A DNA stretch of 64,000 nt. Source: Basidiobolus meristosporus CBS 931.73. Taxonomy: Eukaryota > Fungi > Basidiobolomycota. The notes under the pieces were generated by a model. The model was not told the origin of the DNA, did no database searches, and saw nothing but the letters and a program-made list of their open reading frames with translations. The DNA is taken from assembly GCA_002104905.1 (NCBI GenBank), contig MCFE01000291.1, positions 38,457 to 102,456 on the forward strand, given 5' to 3'. A program made the translations under genes and the position numbers. Position 1 is the stretch's first letter. Every line of letters begins with the position of its first letter. Shown here piece after piece: positions 48,801 to 61,334 of the stretch.

Positions 48801-48938
48801 CGACAGGCATAATCACCATTGATTGACATAACCCATTGGATGCATCATTAAATATATAAAACTTTCCATCGCCCTGCTACCAGATATCTATTGCTCAACT
48901 TTTTCCATTTACATAATCCTTTATCTCTGGCGTCTAAA

Positions 48939-51900
48939 ATGTCTCCGAGGGATTCTGAGGAGCAAGACCTTCTCAGCAACGACCACAATGGAAGTGGCAG
49001 CTTCAATGTATCCTGCGAACAACTATGTGACTTGTTTGATCCAAAAAGTATGGATAAACTTAAATCTCTGGGTGGTGCCGAAGGGCTTGCTAAGAGCCTG
49101 AAGGTTGATCTTAAAGCCGGCCTAAGCAACGATGAACAGCTGAGCGCCACTGCCACCGGCGATTCTGACGAAAGATTTGATGAACGGCAAGAGGTTTTCG
49201 GCAAAAACGTAAATCTCCTTTATTGTACAGTCTACGCAATGATCATCAACTGATCTTTGGAAATTTTGTAGGTATTACCATCTACGGAGCAGCAATCCTT
49301 TTGGTCTCTTGTCCGCGAGGCATACGATGACAAAACCTTAGGTATGGCTGGTTTGCAATTCATATCAATAACTCACTGTTTCAAGCCGCGTATTGAACGA
49401 ATGTTTTCTCAGTAATGTTGAGCATTGCCGCTGCCGTTTCTCTCGCTGTCGGTATATACGAAGATATCTCTGAAGACCGCCATCCACGCGTAGGTTGGGT
49501 TGAGGGTACCTATCTCTTCAATATCAGTTTCTGATCGAGTGTGACATTAACATATTCTCAAAGGGGTGGCCATTCTTGTTGCTGTTGCAGTGGTTGTGTT
49601 TACCAACGCTATCAATGACTACCAAAAAGAAGCTCAATTTCGTAAACTCAATGCAAAGAAGGAGGACAGACACGTCAAGGTCAGACATTTTTAATGTTGA
49701 CAACCTTAGCGATAGTTGCTTACCCACTTCATACAGGTCATTCGGGATGGCAAAGAGCAAGAAATATCAGTTTTCGATATTCAAGTTGGTGAAATCTTGT
49801 TAGTTGAGCCTGGAGATATTGTGCCCGTTGACGGAATCTACATTGATGGTCACAACTTGGTTTGTGATGAATCTAGTGCTACTGGGGAGTCTGACCCTCT
49901 AAAGAAGAATTCCGAGAAGGATCCCTTCGTTTTAAGTGGATCGAAAGTGTTGGAGGGCGTTGGCAGAGTTATAGTTGTTGCTGTTGGCCCCAACTCCTAT
50001 AATGGAAAAACCATGATGGCCATGAGGGAAGATGAAAATCAGGAGACCCCTTTGCAGATGAAATTGGATATACTGGCCGAGTCTATTGCCAAGCTAGGCA
50101 TCTCGGCTGCAGTACTACTACTTGTTACTCTTGTAACGAAATACATAATTACTAGCGCACTAAGTGACACAAGTCCAACTGGAGCTCAGGTGTTTAGCCA
50201 AATGGTGAAGATTCTAATTCAAGCAATTACTATTGTGGTAGTAGCTGTTCCTGAAGGCCTTCCCATGGCAGTTACATTGGCTTTAGCATATGCCACCACG
50301 CAAATGATCAAAGACCAAAATTTGGTACGCGTCTTGGCCGCTTGTGAAACCATGGGTAACGCAACCACGGTCTGCTCCGATAAGACTGGTACCCTTACAC
50401 AGAACCAGATGACAGTCGTTGCCGGCACTGTTGCAGGCGAAACTATCGATGACCATAACAAGGTAGACGAATTCAAGAGCAAATTATCAGAGGACCTTGT
50501 TGAATTACTGTGTGAATCTATCGCTGTCAACTCTACCGCATTTGAAGGAAAGGATGATAAAGGCGAACCAACTTTTATTGGATCAAAGACCGAGTCTGCC
50601 TTGTTGAAATTTGCTCAAAAGCTTGGAGCCGATTACAACCAAGTCAGGCAAGATGCAAAACCAATCAAGGTATATCCCTTCGCATCAGAGAGAAAAACAA
50701 TGACTACTGTGATTCCTGCAAAGGCGAAAAGTCCAGGTGACAAGAAAGCTGATTTCCGTATTCATGTTAAAGGCGCCTCTGAAATCGTTCTGGATTCATG
50801 TACCCACTATGTTTCCGACGATGATAATGTCAAAGAATTGGATGATGTGGCCAAGAAGAACTTCGAGAAAACCATTTCGGATTTTGCCAACAACGCTCTC
50901 CGTACAATCTGTATTGCCTACCGAGATGTTAGCCAATCTGATGTCGATGGATTTGATGACAGCGATGCCCCCCTTGAGAAGCTAACATGCATTGGCATCG
51001 TGGGAATTCAAGACCCTCTACGTGAAGGAGTAATTGACTCTATAGCTGCTTGCAAACGTGCCGGTGTTTATGTTCGTATGGTGACTGGTGATAACGTTCA
51101 AACAGCCAAGGCCATCGCAACTAAGGCAGGAATATACACCAAGGGGGGTATTGCTATTACTGGCCCTGAATTTAGAAAACTGAGTCAAGATGAGCGTACA
51201 AAGATGGTCCCAAGACTTCAAGTTCTAGCGAGATCTTCTCCCACCGACAAACAAATTGTCGTCAAAACTCTACAAGAACTAGGTGAAGTTGTTGCTGTTA
51301 CTGGTGACGGCACTAACGATGGTCCCGCTTTGAAGATGGCAGATGTCGGTTTCAGTATGGGAATAACCGGAACTGAAGTTGCCAAAGAAGCCTCAGCTAT
51401 TATTTTAATGGACGACAATTTCGTATCAATTGTGAAGGCATTGAAATGGGGACGAGCAGTCAATGACAGCGTAAGGAAATTTTTGCAGTTCCAACTTACA
51501 GTAAATATTACGGCCGTAATACTTGCATTTGTAAGTGCGGTTGCCAGTGCTGACAACCAGTCAGTTCTTACTGCAGTGCAACTACTATGGGTAAATCTGA
51601 TCATGGATACTTTGGCTGCGCTTGCACTGGCTACTGAGCCACCCTCAGATGATGTCTTGGAGCGGTACCCTACTTCTCGTGATGCATCGTTGATCAACAG
51701 CAAAATGTGGAGAATGATTATCGGGCAAGCCATCTTCCAGATAGCAATCAACCTAACACTTCTAAACTGGGGAGCTAAGCTATTCCGGCTATCTGATATG
51801 GATGACCCACTTATCTTACAAACATTGGTGTTCAACTCCTTCGTTTTTCTTCAAGTCTTCAACGAACTGAACTGCAGACGCATCGATGATCACCTCAATA

Positions 51901-52310
51901 TTTTCCGGGGTATTACCAGAAATTACATGTTTATTGTGGTACAATTATTCGTTATTATAGGACAAGTCATCATCGTCGAGTTCGGAGGAGTTGCTTTTGG
52001 TACAACGCATTTGAATTGGTACCAATGGCTGAGCACCGTCTTTATTGGCAGCTTATCCCTACCAATTGGCTTCATTCTTCGCTTGCTCCCCGACTTTGGG
52101 TCAAATGGTGATCACAGACCTGGCTATCAAGACCAGGAGCGTCGCCCACTTGTTAGTCACGAGCGTATGAGATTCCAAGCGGCTGCACGTGATATCATTA
52201 ATCAACAACGATTTGTCAGTGGTGCTAGTGGGCGTACAAGTTTCTATGGTGCAGTGAGAAGACCCACCAGAAAAGTCACTGGCACTTCGCTTCGTAGAAG
52301 CACTTCTTAA
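48939..52310 (+). CDS. PMC1: P2B-type Ca2+-ATPase (PMC1/PMCA-like), 5 exons
   Basis: DESSATGES, VAVPEGLPMAV, CSDKTGTLT, KGASE, MVTGDN, TGDGTNDGPAL, VQLLWVNLIMDT. Confidence 0.97.
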
Positions 52311-53686
52311 TTTCCGGAAATCCCATGTCTTTACTTTTCGACACTTTGATTCGTGCGGCTCAGCATTCCGTATATAATAATTTGTTAGAGAGATAGGAGT
52401 TTGATTAAATAAATGTTTTCTCTTAAACCAGTTCGGTGGAAGATGTTTATCAAAAAATCGAATGTAATAAAAAGCCCCCCTGAACAACACCTGGTGGCAC
52501 TCCAACAGAATGGACCCCATTAAAAACCTTCCCTTAGCAACCAATCTGCAAGCATATCAACAAAATGTCTTCATTGGTATTTCGGCAGGAACATTGAAAC
52601 GCGCAAGCAATAGTTCAGGCTCTCGCAACTTTCTTCATAAGATGCCCGAGCCGGTCCATAACCTTACTTGATAGATGGATAGCCCTGGCCTGATGGTAAT
52701 TTCAACAATCCCAATATTTCCGATCTACATCGGGTAGCAAGATCTTGGGAACTCAGTTTAGCCGCCGGATCATAGCCGTATGATATCTGTGCGGAATCCT
52801 TTATCTTCACATATCTACCAACACGAGCTGTTAAATCCATCCGCAGCCCAGAGCCCAAACTAGACCTAAATTTATCGCCGACGCGATGTTCCATCTGGTC
52901 TGTGAATTTTTCTCTGAAACCCTGATGGTTTGTATGGAGGTGGAGCGCTTCTAGATGGTATTAGTAAACACGAATAAGTAGTCGAGCATTTCGTTGTCCC
53001 CATCAAATGATCCACAGCAACATCGGATGATATCTGATTTGACACACCCTCTAGAAAGATCCAAAAATCTCTAGTTAAAACGGCCAGTATCGTAGGCATG
53101 CCATTTGTTTATTTGTTGAATGGACATTGCGTCGTTCGGAATTCTTTTTTTTCATCCTGGCCACGGCCATGAGCCCTGAGCCGCAAGCGACAAAAGGCGG
53201 CTAGTTGATCGTAGTTGTAACATGATTGGGCACTGCCTCAGGGTGATTGAAGCATCGATATTGGGCTACTTGCCAGGTGGAAATTGTGTAATTGACAACC
53301 CCGCTGGCACACTGTTCATTGGCTACAGGGGACGAGAGCAATTTTCAGGCGCAGTTCCATGCTACGGATGGGAGATAATCGAAAAAAAAAAGATTTTCCT
53401 GGATGGCAATTACATGTCGACAAGGATTACGATTATTGCCAACGCTGTGTGCTCTCCTACTTACGACACGATAGGTTGGATATCGTGGACTATTTTTTAG
53501 CAATCCATTCTAGGGTCAAGATCGGAACAGGGGGTCAGAACCTACCCAACGGAGAAATTTTTCGGTACGGAATTTTGTTCGATGATGTTCTAAATAGCAA
53601 ACCTTTATAAGCTCGCGGTTGCGGTTAGGAGGATTAACCCTTGGGTAACTTCTAAACCTTCAAGCTTTTTAAACTTAGTTGGTAAA

Positions 53687-54180
53687 ATGGATTGGGATTC
53701 CGTCACTGTTATCAGACAAAAGCAAGAGCGTGCCAAGGTTGCCAGATCCTCCGCTGAGGTCAACGCCGCCAGAAGAGCCGGTGCTGTTGTTGCCACCGAG
53801 AAGAAGACTGGTACGTTTACATGAACGAAGATGCGCTGTTTCTTGCTTCCTCTAATGCTCCTTTATTAGTTGCCAACAAGGGTCATGTCGGTGCCGATCA
53901 CGCTTTGATCGCCAAACTCGACCGTACCGACGATATTGTTGTTCAACCCAAGCTCAGCCTCGATGTTGGCAAGGCCATTCAAAAGGCCCGTCAAGAGAAG
54001 GGTTTGACCCAAAAGGATCTTGGCCAAAAGGTCAACGAGAAGGCCAACGTGATGAACGATTACGAAATGGGCCGTGCTGTTCCTAACCAGCAGATTCTTG
54101 CCAAACTTGAGAGAGCTCTCGGTGTTAAGCTTCGTGGTAAGAACATCGGCGAGCCCCTTACCTTCGGCAAGAAGAAGTAA
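53687..54180 (+). CDS. MBF1: Multiprotein bridging factor 1, 2 exons
   Basis: [12 protein letters not shown]...[14 protein letters not shown] and [23 protein letters not shown]...[26 protein letters not shown]. Confidence 0.97.
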
Positions 54181-54651
54181 ATCCCCGCCAAAATATTTAA
54201 ACTAATGCATGGTCGAGGTTTCACCTAAACAACATGACGTTGTTGTAAATAATACATTTAAAATTTCCTCGTTCTCTGCAACAGTAAATGTATTTCTAGT
54301 CTGTCGAAAGGTGTTTTTCCGGGTTAACCAAAATAGTTCTCACCAGAAATATCAATAAACCGAGTCAAAGAGAGTATTTTGCTTTGGTCCGAATCTTTTT
54401 TGTCCCTCAGGGTCATGGGTGGAGAAGGGATTTTACCTGTTTGGAAACCGGCTGTATCGCAAGCAGTCGATTCATTCAAGGGATCGCTTGCTGCACATCG
54501 TTCACGAGAGCCAGTCAGCCGCCTTTGCGCGTGAAAACCAGCTTTAGGTGCCGCCATCAAGGCACTTCACTCAAGCTTCATAATCCCTGGATCCATGTTA
54601 TTAATGCCGGACAATGATGTGCTATGTCCTTTGAACAACCAATTTATTACC

Positions 54652-55431
54652 CTACTCCTGTGTGAGCTTAAGACGGACTAGTAGTTTCTGAAAGATTGGA
54701 AGCAAAGGAAATCGTCCTAAACTATACCAGCGGTACAATGCGAATACCACCACAGGAAAGGCTCCCATATACGCCAGGATTCGATTCCGGGTTTGCACCC
54801 TCTTGTTCATCAGCCGCTGGAAAGCTTGGGAATCGTTGACGTGTGGAAAGGGTGTTGGAGGGATGGGTTTTCCTAGAAATTGACAAAGAGGCTCCCAGCC
54901 TTCTTTGGGATTGAAGACCAGCAGTTGCTCTGATGGAACCACTCTCTTAACCTCTTCGTTGTGCTCCTTGAAGACGGACATGGCATAGTCCTTATCAGCA
55001 AATCGGTCTTGGAACGTTCCCTTCCAAAGGATCAATCTGAGCATCTCTTGGTGGCGACGGTAACCTGGAAGGAACCATTCCAAAAGTCTCAGGCTAGTTT
55101 TTCTATGTGGGAAGTAGATTGTTTGGTAGGCGCTTGTATACCAACTTTCCGGGTCTCTGGTGGATAGGATCACCTTGGCATTGGGATACTTCGCCAATAG
55201 CTCCTTGTAGTATTTGGTGGAGGGCCAGTCTAAGGTGGCCCTGTAGCCGTCAAAGATTTGTTCCCAACTCTCAAGCTCTCCACGCTCAGCGGCTACCCAA
55301 TATTTTTCGTGGTTGAGTTGGTTCACCTCCTCCATGTGATATGTATGGTAGCCTAGGCATTCCAATGCTACTCTTAGAGAGGTTGTTCCAGTGCGTCCGA
55401 ATCCTGCACCAATGATCTCAAGTCCGGTCAT
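54652..55431 (-). CDS. P-loop sulfotransferase-family protein (Sulfotransfer_4-like) with a C-terminal TM helix, intronless
   Basis: IIGAGFGRTGTTSL (5'-PSB loop), YHMEEV, ATLDWP, VILSTRDPESWYTS (3'-PB), LLVFNPKEGWEPLCQFLG, PFPHVND. Confidence 0.9.
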   Translation of the reverse strand: MTGLEIIGAGFGRTGTTSLRVALECLGYHTYHMEEVNQLNHEKYWVAAERGELESWEQIFDGYRATLDWPSTKYYKELLAKYPNAKVILSTRDPESWYTSAYQTIYFPHRKTSLRLLEWFLPGYRRHQEMLRLILWKGTFQDRFADKDYAMSVFKEHNEEVKRVVPSEQLLVFNPKEGWEPLCQFLGKPIPPTPFPHVNDSQAFQRLMNKRVQTRNRILAYMGAFPVVVFALYRWYSLGRFPLLPIFQKLLVRLKLTQE

Positions 55432-56637
55432 ACGGTAGGTGGTTGATGGAGTATGAGGAATATAGGGTTGTAACGAATATCTCTGATAGTGGCGAAGCCA
55501 TTTGTTCCTTTATATGGATTAGTCATATGACGTACGCTGACTTAGCCTTCGCCAGATGGTTACAGAATGCGTTGAAACTTGACGAGTAAGGAATGCTCTG
55601 CACACAGAAGCCTGCTTGCTACTATGTTGAAAGTATTCTACCTGGGTGGCATGACATCCGTGATGCTAATTTGGAAGCTACAGCCAGTCTCATATACGTC
55701 ATCATGGTATCTGCCATAAATGGCCGATGAGGTTCAATACTTGAATCCGTGGTGGTGTGATGTGGAGCAGTGTGAGAATCTGGGCTGCTTTCTAATGATT
55801 TAGTAGCTGATGTGTTTACTAAATAGAGTTCCTCCTCGGCATGTTATGGCTTCGTAATACTGATGTATGGATCATCCTCCGGAGGCTTGTTGGGATCTTC
55901 ACCCATGCTCCTTCAGCACTCAAAGATGGGTGAAGCCTGGAGCAACAGTTTAGTTATTGTTGTATTTACTTGCAAAAGTACTATCATTGTCATATTGCTC
56001 ACTAGTTTACCATTCTAGTTTCAACCAGACATTAGGCTCTTCAATGGCAACCAGTATACTGTTTATGGTACTAATATGAATGTGTGTATCTGCCTAGAAA
56101 GCAGATGAGCATGGATCCTACAAAAACTATTGTTTGCTTGACTTGTCAATATTTAGCTGGTTTGCACACTCTATCAGAGATATCATGATAGCATACAACT
56201 TCTTGCTATAGTATTTTAGACCCTACCATTGTAATAAATATCTCAAGCTCTAAGATAGTTCACTTACAAAGTTTTGAGCTTAAAAGTGATCTGGCCAGCA
56301 TTAAGTACCAGTACAGGTATTTGCCTGGTTTCACCAAGAAGTAGAATTACTACATGTACATACATGAACCTAACCAATTATAATTATGCAACTCTATCCC
56401 TAAGAAAAATGTAACAGAAGGCCTGCACATAACTATCATGAAATCAGCTGAATTCTAAGTTTCTCTTTGCCTATAACTCTCACTTTCTCAAGTACTAGCC
56501 ATTTTGCAGTCAGGCACCCATATACCCCTGAAGAATACTAGGCCAACCAGCAGGGGTGCCAAATTTGGCAAAGAGCTGCTCACTACTTCCACCAAAGATT
56601 GCAACTAAGAATCTCAAGGAAAAACACCAGTTGTACA

Positions 56638-56778
56638 TGTTGTAAAAATTGGCAATTGCACCTAAATATTCACCTAGCTTAGTCACTTATGTCATTACCT
56701 TCAAATCCTAGAGAATACTGACCAAATTCCTTGTTGGGACTTACTTAGAATATTTTCACCAAAATGTCAGGTACTGAG
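56638..56778 (+). repeat. Old LTR fragment (LTR nt 1-141), lowest layer of the nested stack
   Basis: Starts TGTTGTAAAAATTGG and aligns to the family LTR up to AGGTACTGAG, where the next LTR begins. Confidence 0.88.
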
Positions 56779-57392
56779 TGTTGTAAGAGTCTTGGAGATA
56801 TTGGAAGTGATCTGGGAGGACAAGTAGATTATGTGGTTTTCACTTAATGATTTATTCAATGTAATAGTAGTATTTATACTTTTACCTGGTCTTGGCATTG
56901 CAAACATGTAGAGTTGGCTAAGGAAGGTCCCAAAAACATGTGTGCAAAGTTTGGGGCTGTTTGGACAACTTTGAGAATTTTCATGTTCTGGGTACCTGGT
57001 ATTTTGGTGAAAATATTCTAAGTAAATCCCAACAAGGAATTTGGTCAGTATTCTCTAGGATTTGAGGGTAATGATCTAAGTGACTAAGTTAGGTGAATAT
57101 TTAGGTGGAATTACAAGTTTTTACAACACTCCCACTGAGCTAAATGTTCATACTGACTAGTCCTAATTTTGACCCAAGATATTCAAACTTGTCTCTAGCT
57201 AATGGTTTTGTAAATATGTCTGCAATCATTTCATCTGAAGGACAGTAAACTAAGCTAACTAAGTTATTTTCTATAGCTTCACATATGAAATGATGTCTAA
57301 TATCTATGTGCTTAGTTCTAGCATGAAAAGTTGGATTTTTACCTCATTGTATACATCCTTGATTATCTTGAAATAAATTAATAGGCATTTTT
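56779..57392 (-). mobile_element. 3' end of a minus-strand copia copy: RNase H remnant (57140-57392), polypurine tract (57129-57136) and 3' LTR (56779-57128)
   Basis: Minus translation FQDNQGCIQ*GKNPTFHARTKHIDIRHHF...YCPSDEMIADIFTKPL is the copia RNase H C-terminus. AGTGGGAG lies immediately before TGTTG. Confidence 0.92.
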
Positions 57393-60300
57393 TGTTGTAA
57401 AAATTTGTAATTCCACCTAAATATTCACCTAACTTAGTCACTTAGATTATTACCCCCAGGTCCCAGAGAATACTGACCAAACTCCTTGTTGGGATTTACT
57501 TAGAATATTTTCACCAAAATACAAGGTGCCCAGAACATGAAAATTCTCAAGGTTGTCCAAACAGCCCCAAACTTTGTACACATGCTCTTGGGACCTTCCT
57601 TAGCCAACTCTACATGTTTGCAATGCCAAGACCAGGTAAAAATATAAATACTACTTTTACATTGAATAAATCATTAAGTGAAAACCACATAATCTACTTG
57701 TTCTCACAATCACTTCCAATATCTCCAAGACTCTTACAACAGGCTATGAGCCCAAAGCTGTCACTCTCTGCAATGTCTACTACTGCTATTACTGGAAATT
57801 TTCCCTCTGCCCAAAAGTTGGATGGTTCTAACAACCAAGTGTGGAAGGTGAAGATGAAGATGCTGTTACAAGAAAGAGGCCTCTGGGATATTGTCATGGG
57901 AGAAGAATGCCCTCCTAGATATGTGGGAGAGGAAGCCTTAAAGTACCAGAAGAAAGAACAAAGTTCCTCTAACTGCATTTGCCTTAATGTTAAGGACAAA
58001 TTGCAAATACAATGCTCAAGAGCAAAAATGGCAAAGAATGCCTGGAAGGCATTGAAATAAGCCTACCAGTCATGTTCAGCTGCTAAGAAAATGTATCTGA
58101 GACAAAAATTCTTTACTACAAAGATGCTGCCAGGAGAAGAAATGAAAAATCTAATGAACAGAATTACCCTGCTGGTAGATGAAATAGAATCTGTGAGTGT
58201 ACCAACTACTGATGAGGATATGATAGTAACCATACTGAATAGCCTGACAGACAAGTTTCAGGGCCTTGTATCAGCCCTAGAGTCCAGAACTGAAGATTTA
58301 ACATTATATTATGTATATGGAAGGCTCCCGGATGAAGAATTAAGAAAATCAAGTGCCAATAAGAAGGAAGAAGAAAATGCTTTAATATGCAATAATGACC
58401 AACAAAGGAGGTACCCAAGACCCTACAAAGGCAACAGCAACCTGTTTTGCAACTACTGCAAAAGGAAAGGACACACATCAGACCAGTGCTTCAAAAAGAA
58501 AGATAGTCAGCAGAAAAAGCCTGAATATGGAAATGCTGCAACAACTGAAGATAGATTATTCATATCTGCAGTAAATATGACCACAAACAAGGATTCTCAG
58601 ATGTGGTATATTGACTCTGGAGCATCTCAACTCTTTACACACCAAAAAGAACTTTTTACCCAATATCAAGAAATTCCAATTAAGAAGGTTTTCATGGGTG
58701 ATGATAGAACACTTGATGCAGTGGGAGAAGGAACTAGCCAAGTAAACCTAAGAAGCAGTGAAGGAAGCCATACACTGACCTTTAAGGAAGTACTCTATGT
58801 ACCAGAAATAGCCAAGAACCTACTATCTGTAAGCAAGGCCACTGCAGAAGAACTCAGTTTCAGCTTTGACAATTCTGGATGCAAGATCACTGATCAAAAT
58901 GGTGCCCATATTGCTTTGGGTACTAGAGATCAGAATCTATACAAGCTGACTTATATTCCATCATATTTGGAAGCCAATATAAGTAACTTAAATGAAGAAA
59001 CACCAATGCTTTGGCATAGGAGATTTGGGCACATCAATTTTGATTATTTGCGCAAAATGATCAAAGATCAGCTAATTTCTGGAGTAAATATTGATCCCCT
59101 TGCTAGTTTGGAGCACTGTGAAGCCTGCACATATGAGAAAAAAGCTAGACAACCATTCAAGAGCTCTGGGTGGATCAAAACTAAGAAAAAACTAGATCTA
59201 ATTCACTCAGGTCTGTGTGGACCTATGCAAAATTTATCCTTAGGTGGGATGAAGTATTCAATCACTTTGATTGATGATTATACAAGATACACATGCGTCT
59301 ACTTCATGGAGAGAAAGGAAGAAGCTCTGTCTAAGCTCAGGGAGTTCAAAGCCATGGTGGAGAGAGAAACTGGTGAAAAAATCAAGAAAATACGCTCTGA
59401 CAATGGTGGAGAATATACCTCAAAACTCTTCATCCACTTCTGCAAAATTCATAGGATAAAGCAAGAGACTACTGTACCATACTCCCCACAGCAAAATGGA
59501 GTAGCAGAACATGCTAACAGATCAATAATTGATATGGTAAGATCTATGATCCATGATCAAGAATTATCCTATGATTTTTGGGCGGAATCAGTTGCCACTG
59601 CTGTATACCTTAAAAATAGGAGTTATAACAGAATACTTTGTGATTCTACTCCATTTGAAGCATGGTATGGATACAGACCAAGTGCAGAACATCTAAGAAT
59701 ATTTGGGTGTACAGCATATGCCAAGAAGTTGCCCAGAAATCAGTCAAAATTTGAGCCAAAAAGTGTAAAATGCATATTTTTGGGCTACTGCAATGATAGT
59801 AAAGCATACAGACTCTACAATATCAAAGCAAAGAAGCTGATCAAGTCCAGGGATGTGTTGTTTGATGAAAATTCCAAATATTCACAAAAAATGACATCAG
59901 ATGATGATAAAAATCTGATCTCAAGTCTGCCAACTGTCAGGATTGAATCAGAGCAAAACAATAGGAATTTTTTCACTCAAGAGGACTCTACAACCATGGT
60001 TCAGCCAGAATCAGTGCCTAGGCATATCCCAGAAGTGATCATTCCAGCATCAAATGCGTGGAGATCCAATCTGACACGAAATAGCCCAAATTACTATATC
60101 AATGAGGGTAAAAACTTAGCCTACGCCTATTCTGTCCATGTTGATGAGCTCCAGACTGTAAAAGAGGCCCTAAATAGCCCTCAGACAAAGTTTTGGAGAT
60201 CTGCAATGACTGAGGAATATCAGGCCCTGATGGAAAATCAAACTTGGGTCTTGGTCAAATCACCAATTAACCAAAAATCAAATGGATGCAGATGGGTCTT

Positions 60301-61122
60301 CAAGACAAAATACAAGGCTGATGGTACAATTAAAAGATACAAAGCAAGACTTGTGGCCAAAGAATGCTCTCAAACAAAAGGACTTGACTATACTGAGACC
60401 TTTGCACTGGTAGCCAAGTTTAATTCCATCAGATTAATATTGGCTATTGCAGCCAATTATAAGTTTTTTATTCATCAAATGGATGTAAAAGCTGCATTTT
60501 TGAATACAGAACTTGATGAGGATGTGTATATGAACTAGCCTGATGGGTTTGTTGACCAAGATAACCCCCATTTGGCCTGCAGGCTTAAAAGGTCACTATA
60601 TGGTCTCAAAGAGTCACCAAGAGCCTGGAATTGCAAGATAGATTCTTATTTGGAATCTTTGAGTTTCAAAAGGAGTAATGCTGACTATAATATATACTAA
60701 AAGCCAGATAGAGCAAATCCAGCTCTATTAGATTTATATATGGACAATCTTCTTATAGCCACCAATAACCTAGAGACATTGGACAAGACTAAATCCAGCC
60801 TATCTAAGGAGTACAAGATGTCTGATCTAGGAGAACTCAGTTACTACTTAGGGATTAAGTTATCCATAGAAAGAAATACCCAGACTATTACCCTAAGCCA
60901 ATCAAAGTATATTCAAGATATACTAAAGAAGTACCAAATGGAAGTCTGTAAACCAACAGCTACCCCTATGAGGACAAACCTTAACTTGGTCAAAACTCAA
61001 CCAAATCAAGAGAGCTTGGTGCCATCTGAAAGCCCTGACTTTCCTTATCAATCTATGGTTGGGAGTCTGACGTATATCATGCTTGGAACACATCCAGATA
61101 TCTCATATTCAGTGGTAGTTGT
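57393..61122 (+). mobile_element. Copia copy 2, decayed and interrupted in RT (5' LTR 57393-57741; gag-pol from 57746)
   Basis: Stops at 58058-58060 and 60536-60538, integrase HSDL to HSGL, RT YVDD to YMDN. RT homology to copy 1 ends abruptly at ...CAGTGGTAGTTGT (61122). Confidence 0.95.
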
Positions 61123-61334
61123 TGTTGTAAGAGTCTTGGAGATATTGGAAGTGATTGGGAGAACAAGTAGATTATGTGGTTTTCACTTAATGATTTATTG
61201 AATGTAAAAGTAGTGTTATACTTTTACCTGGTCTTGGCATAACTAGCACATAGAATAGGTTAAGGAAGGTCCCAAGAACATGTGTGCAAAGTTTGGGGCT
61301 GTTTGGACAACTTTGAGAATTTTCATGTTCTGGG
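61123..61334 (-). repeat. 3' part of a minus-strand LTR (LTR nt 137-349) inserted into the RT of copy 2
   Basis: Begins TGTTGTAAGAGTCTTGG (reverse complement of the LTR end) and stops at CATGTTCTGGG, where copy 3 starts. Confidence 0.92.

Noticed and set aside
51218-51835. 205 aa antisense ORF inside PMC1
   Set aside because: Typical antisense shadow of a conserved P-type ATPase exon.
52664-53099. Possible small spliced gene on the minus strand between PMC1 and MBF1
   Set aside because: A branch-point/acceptor-like TACTAAT...TAG is present, but I could not build a consistent model or recognise a product. RNA-seq is needed.
60740-61201. 153 aa ORF apparently giving RT a new C-terminus
   Set aside because: Chance read-through from the truncated RT of decayed copy 2 into the antisense LTR inserted at 61123.
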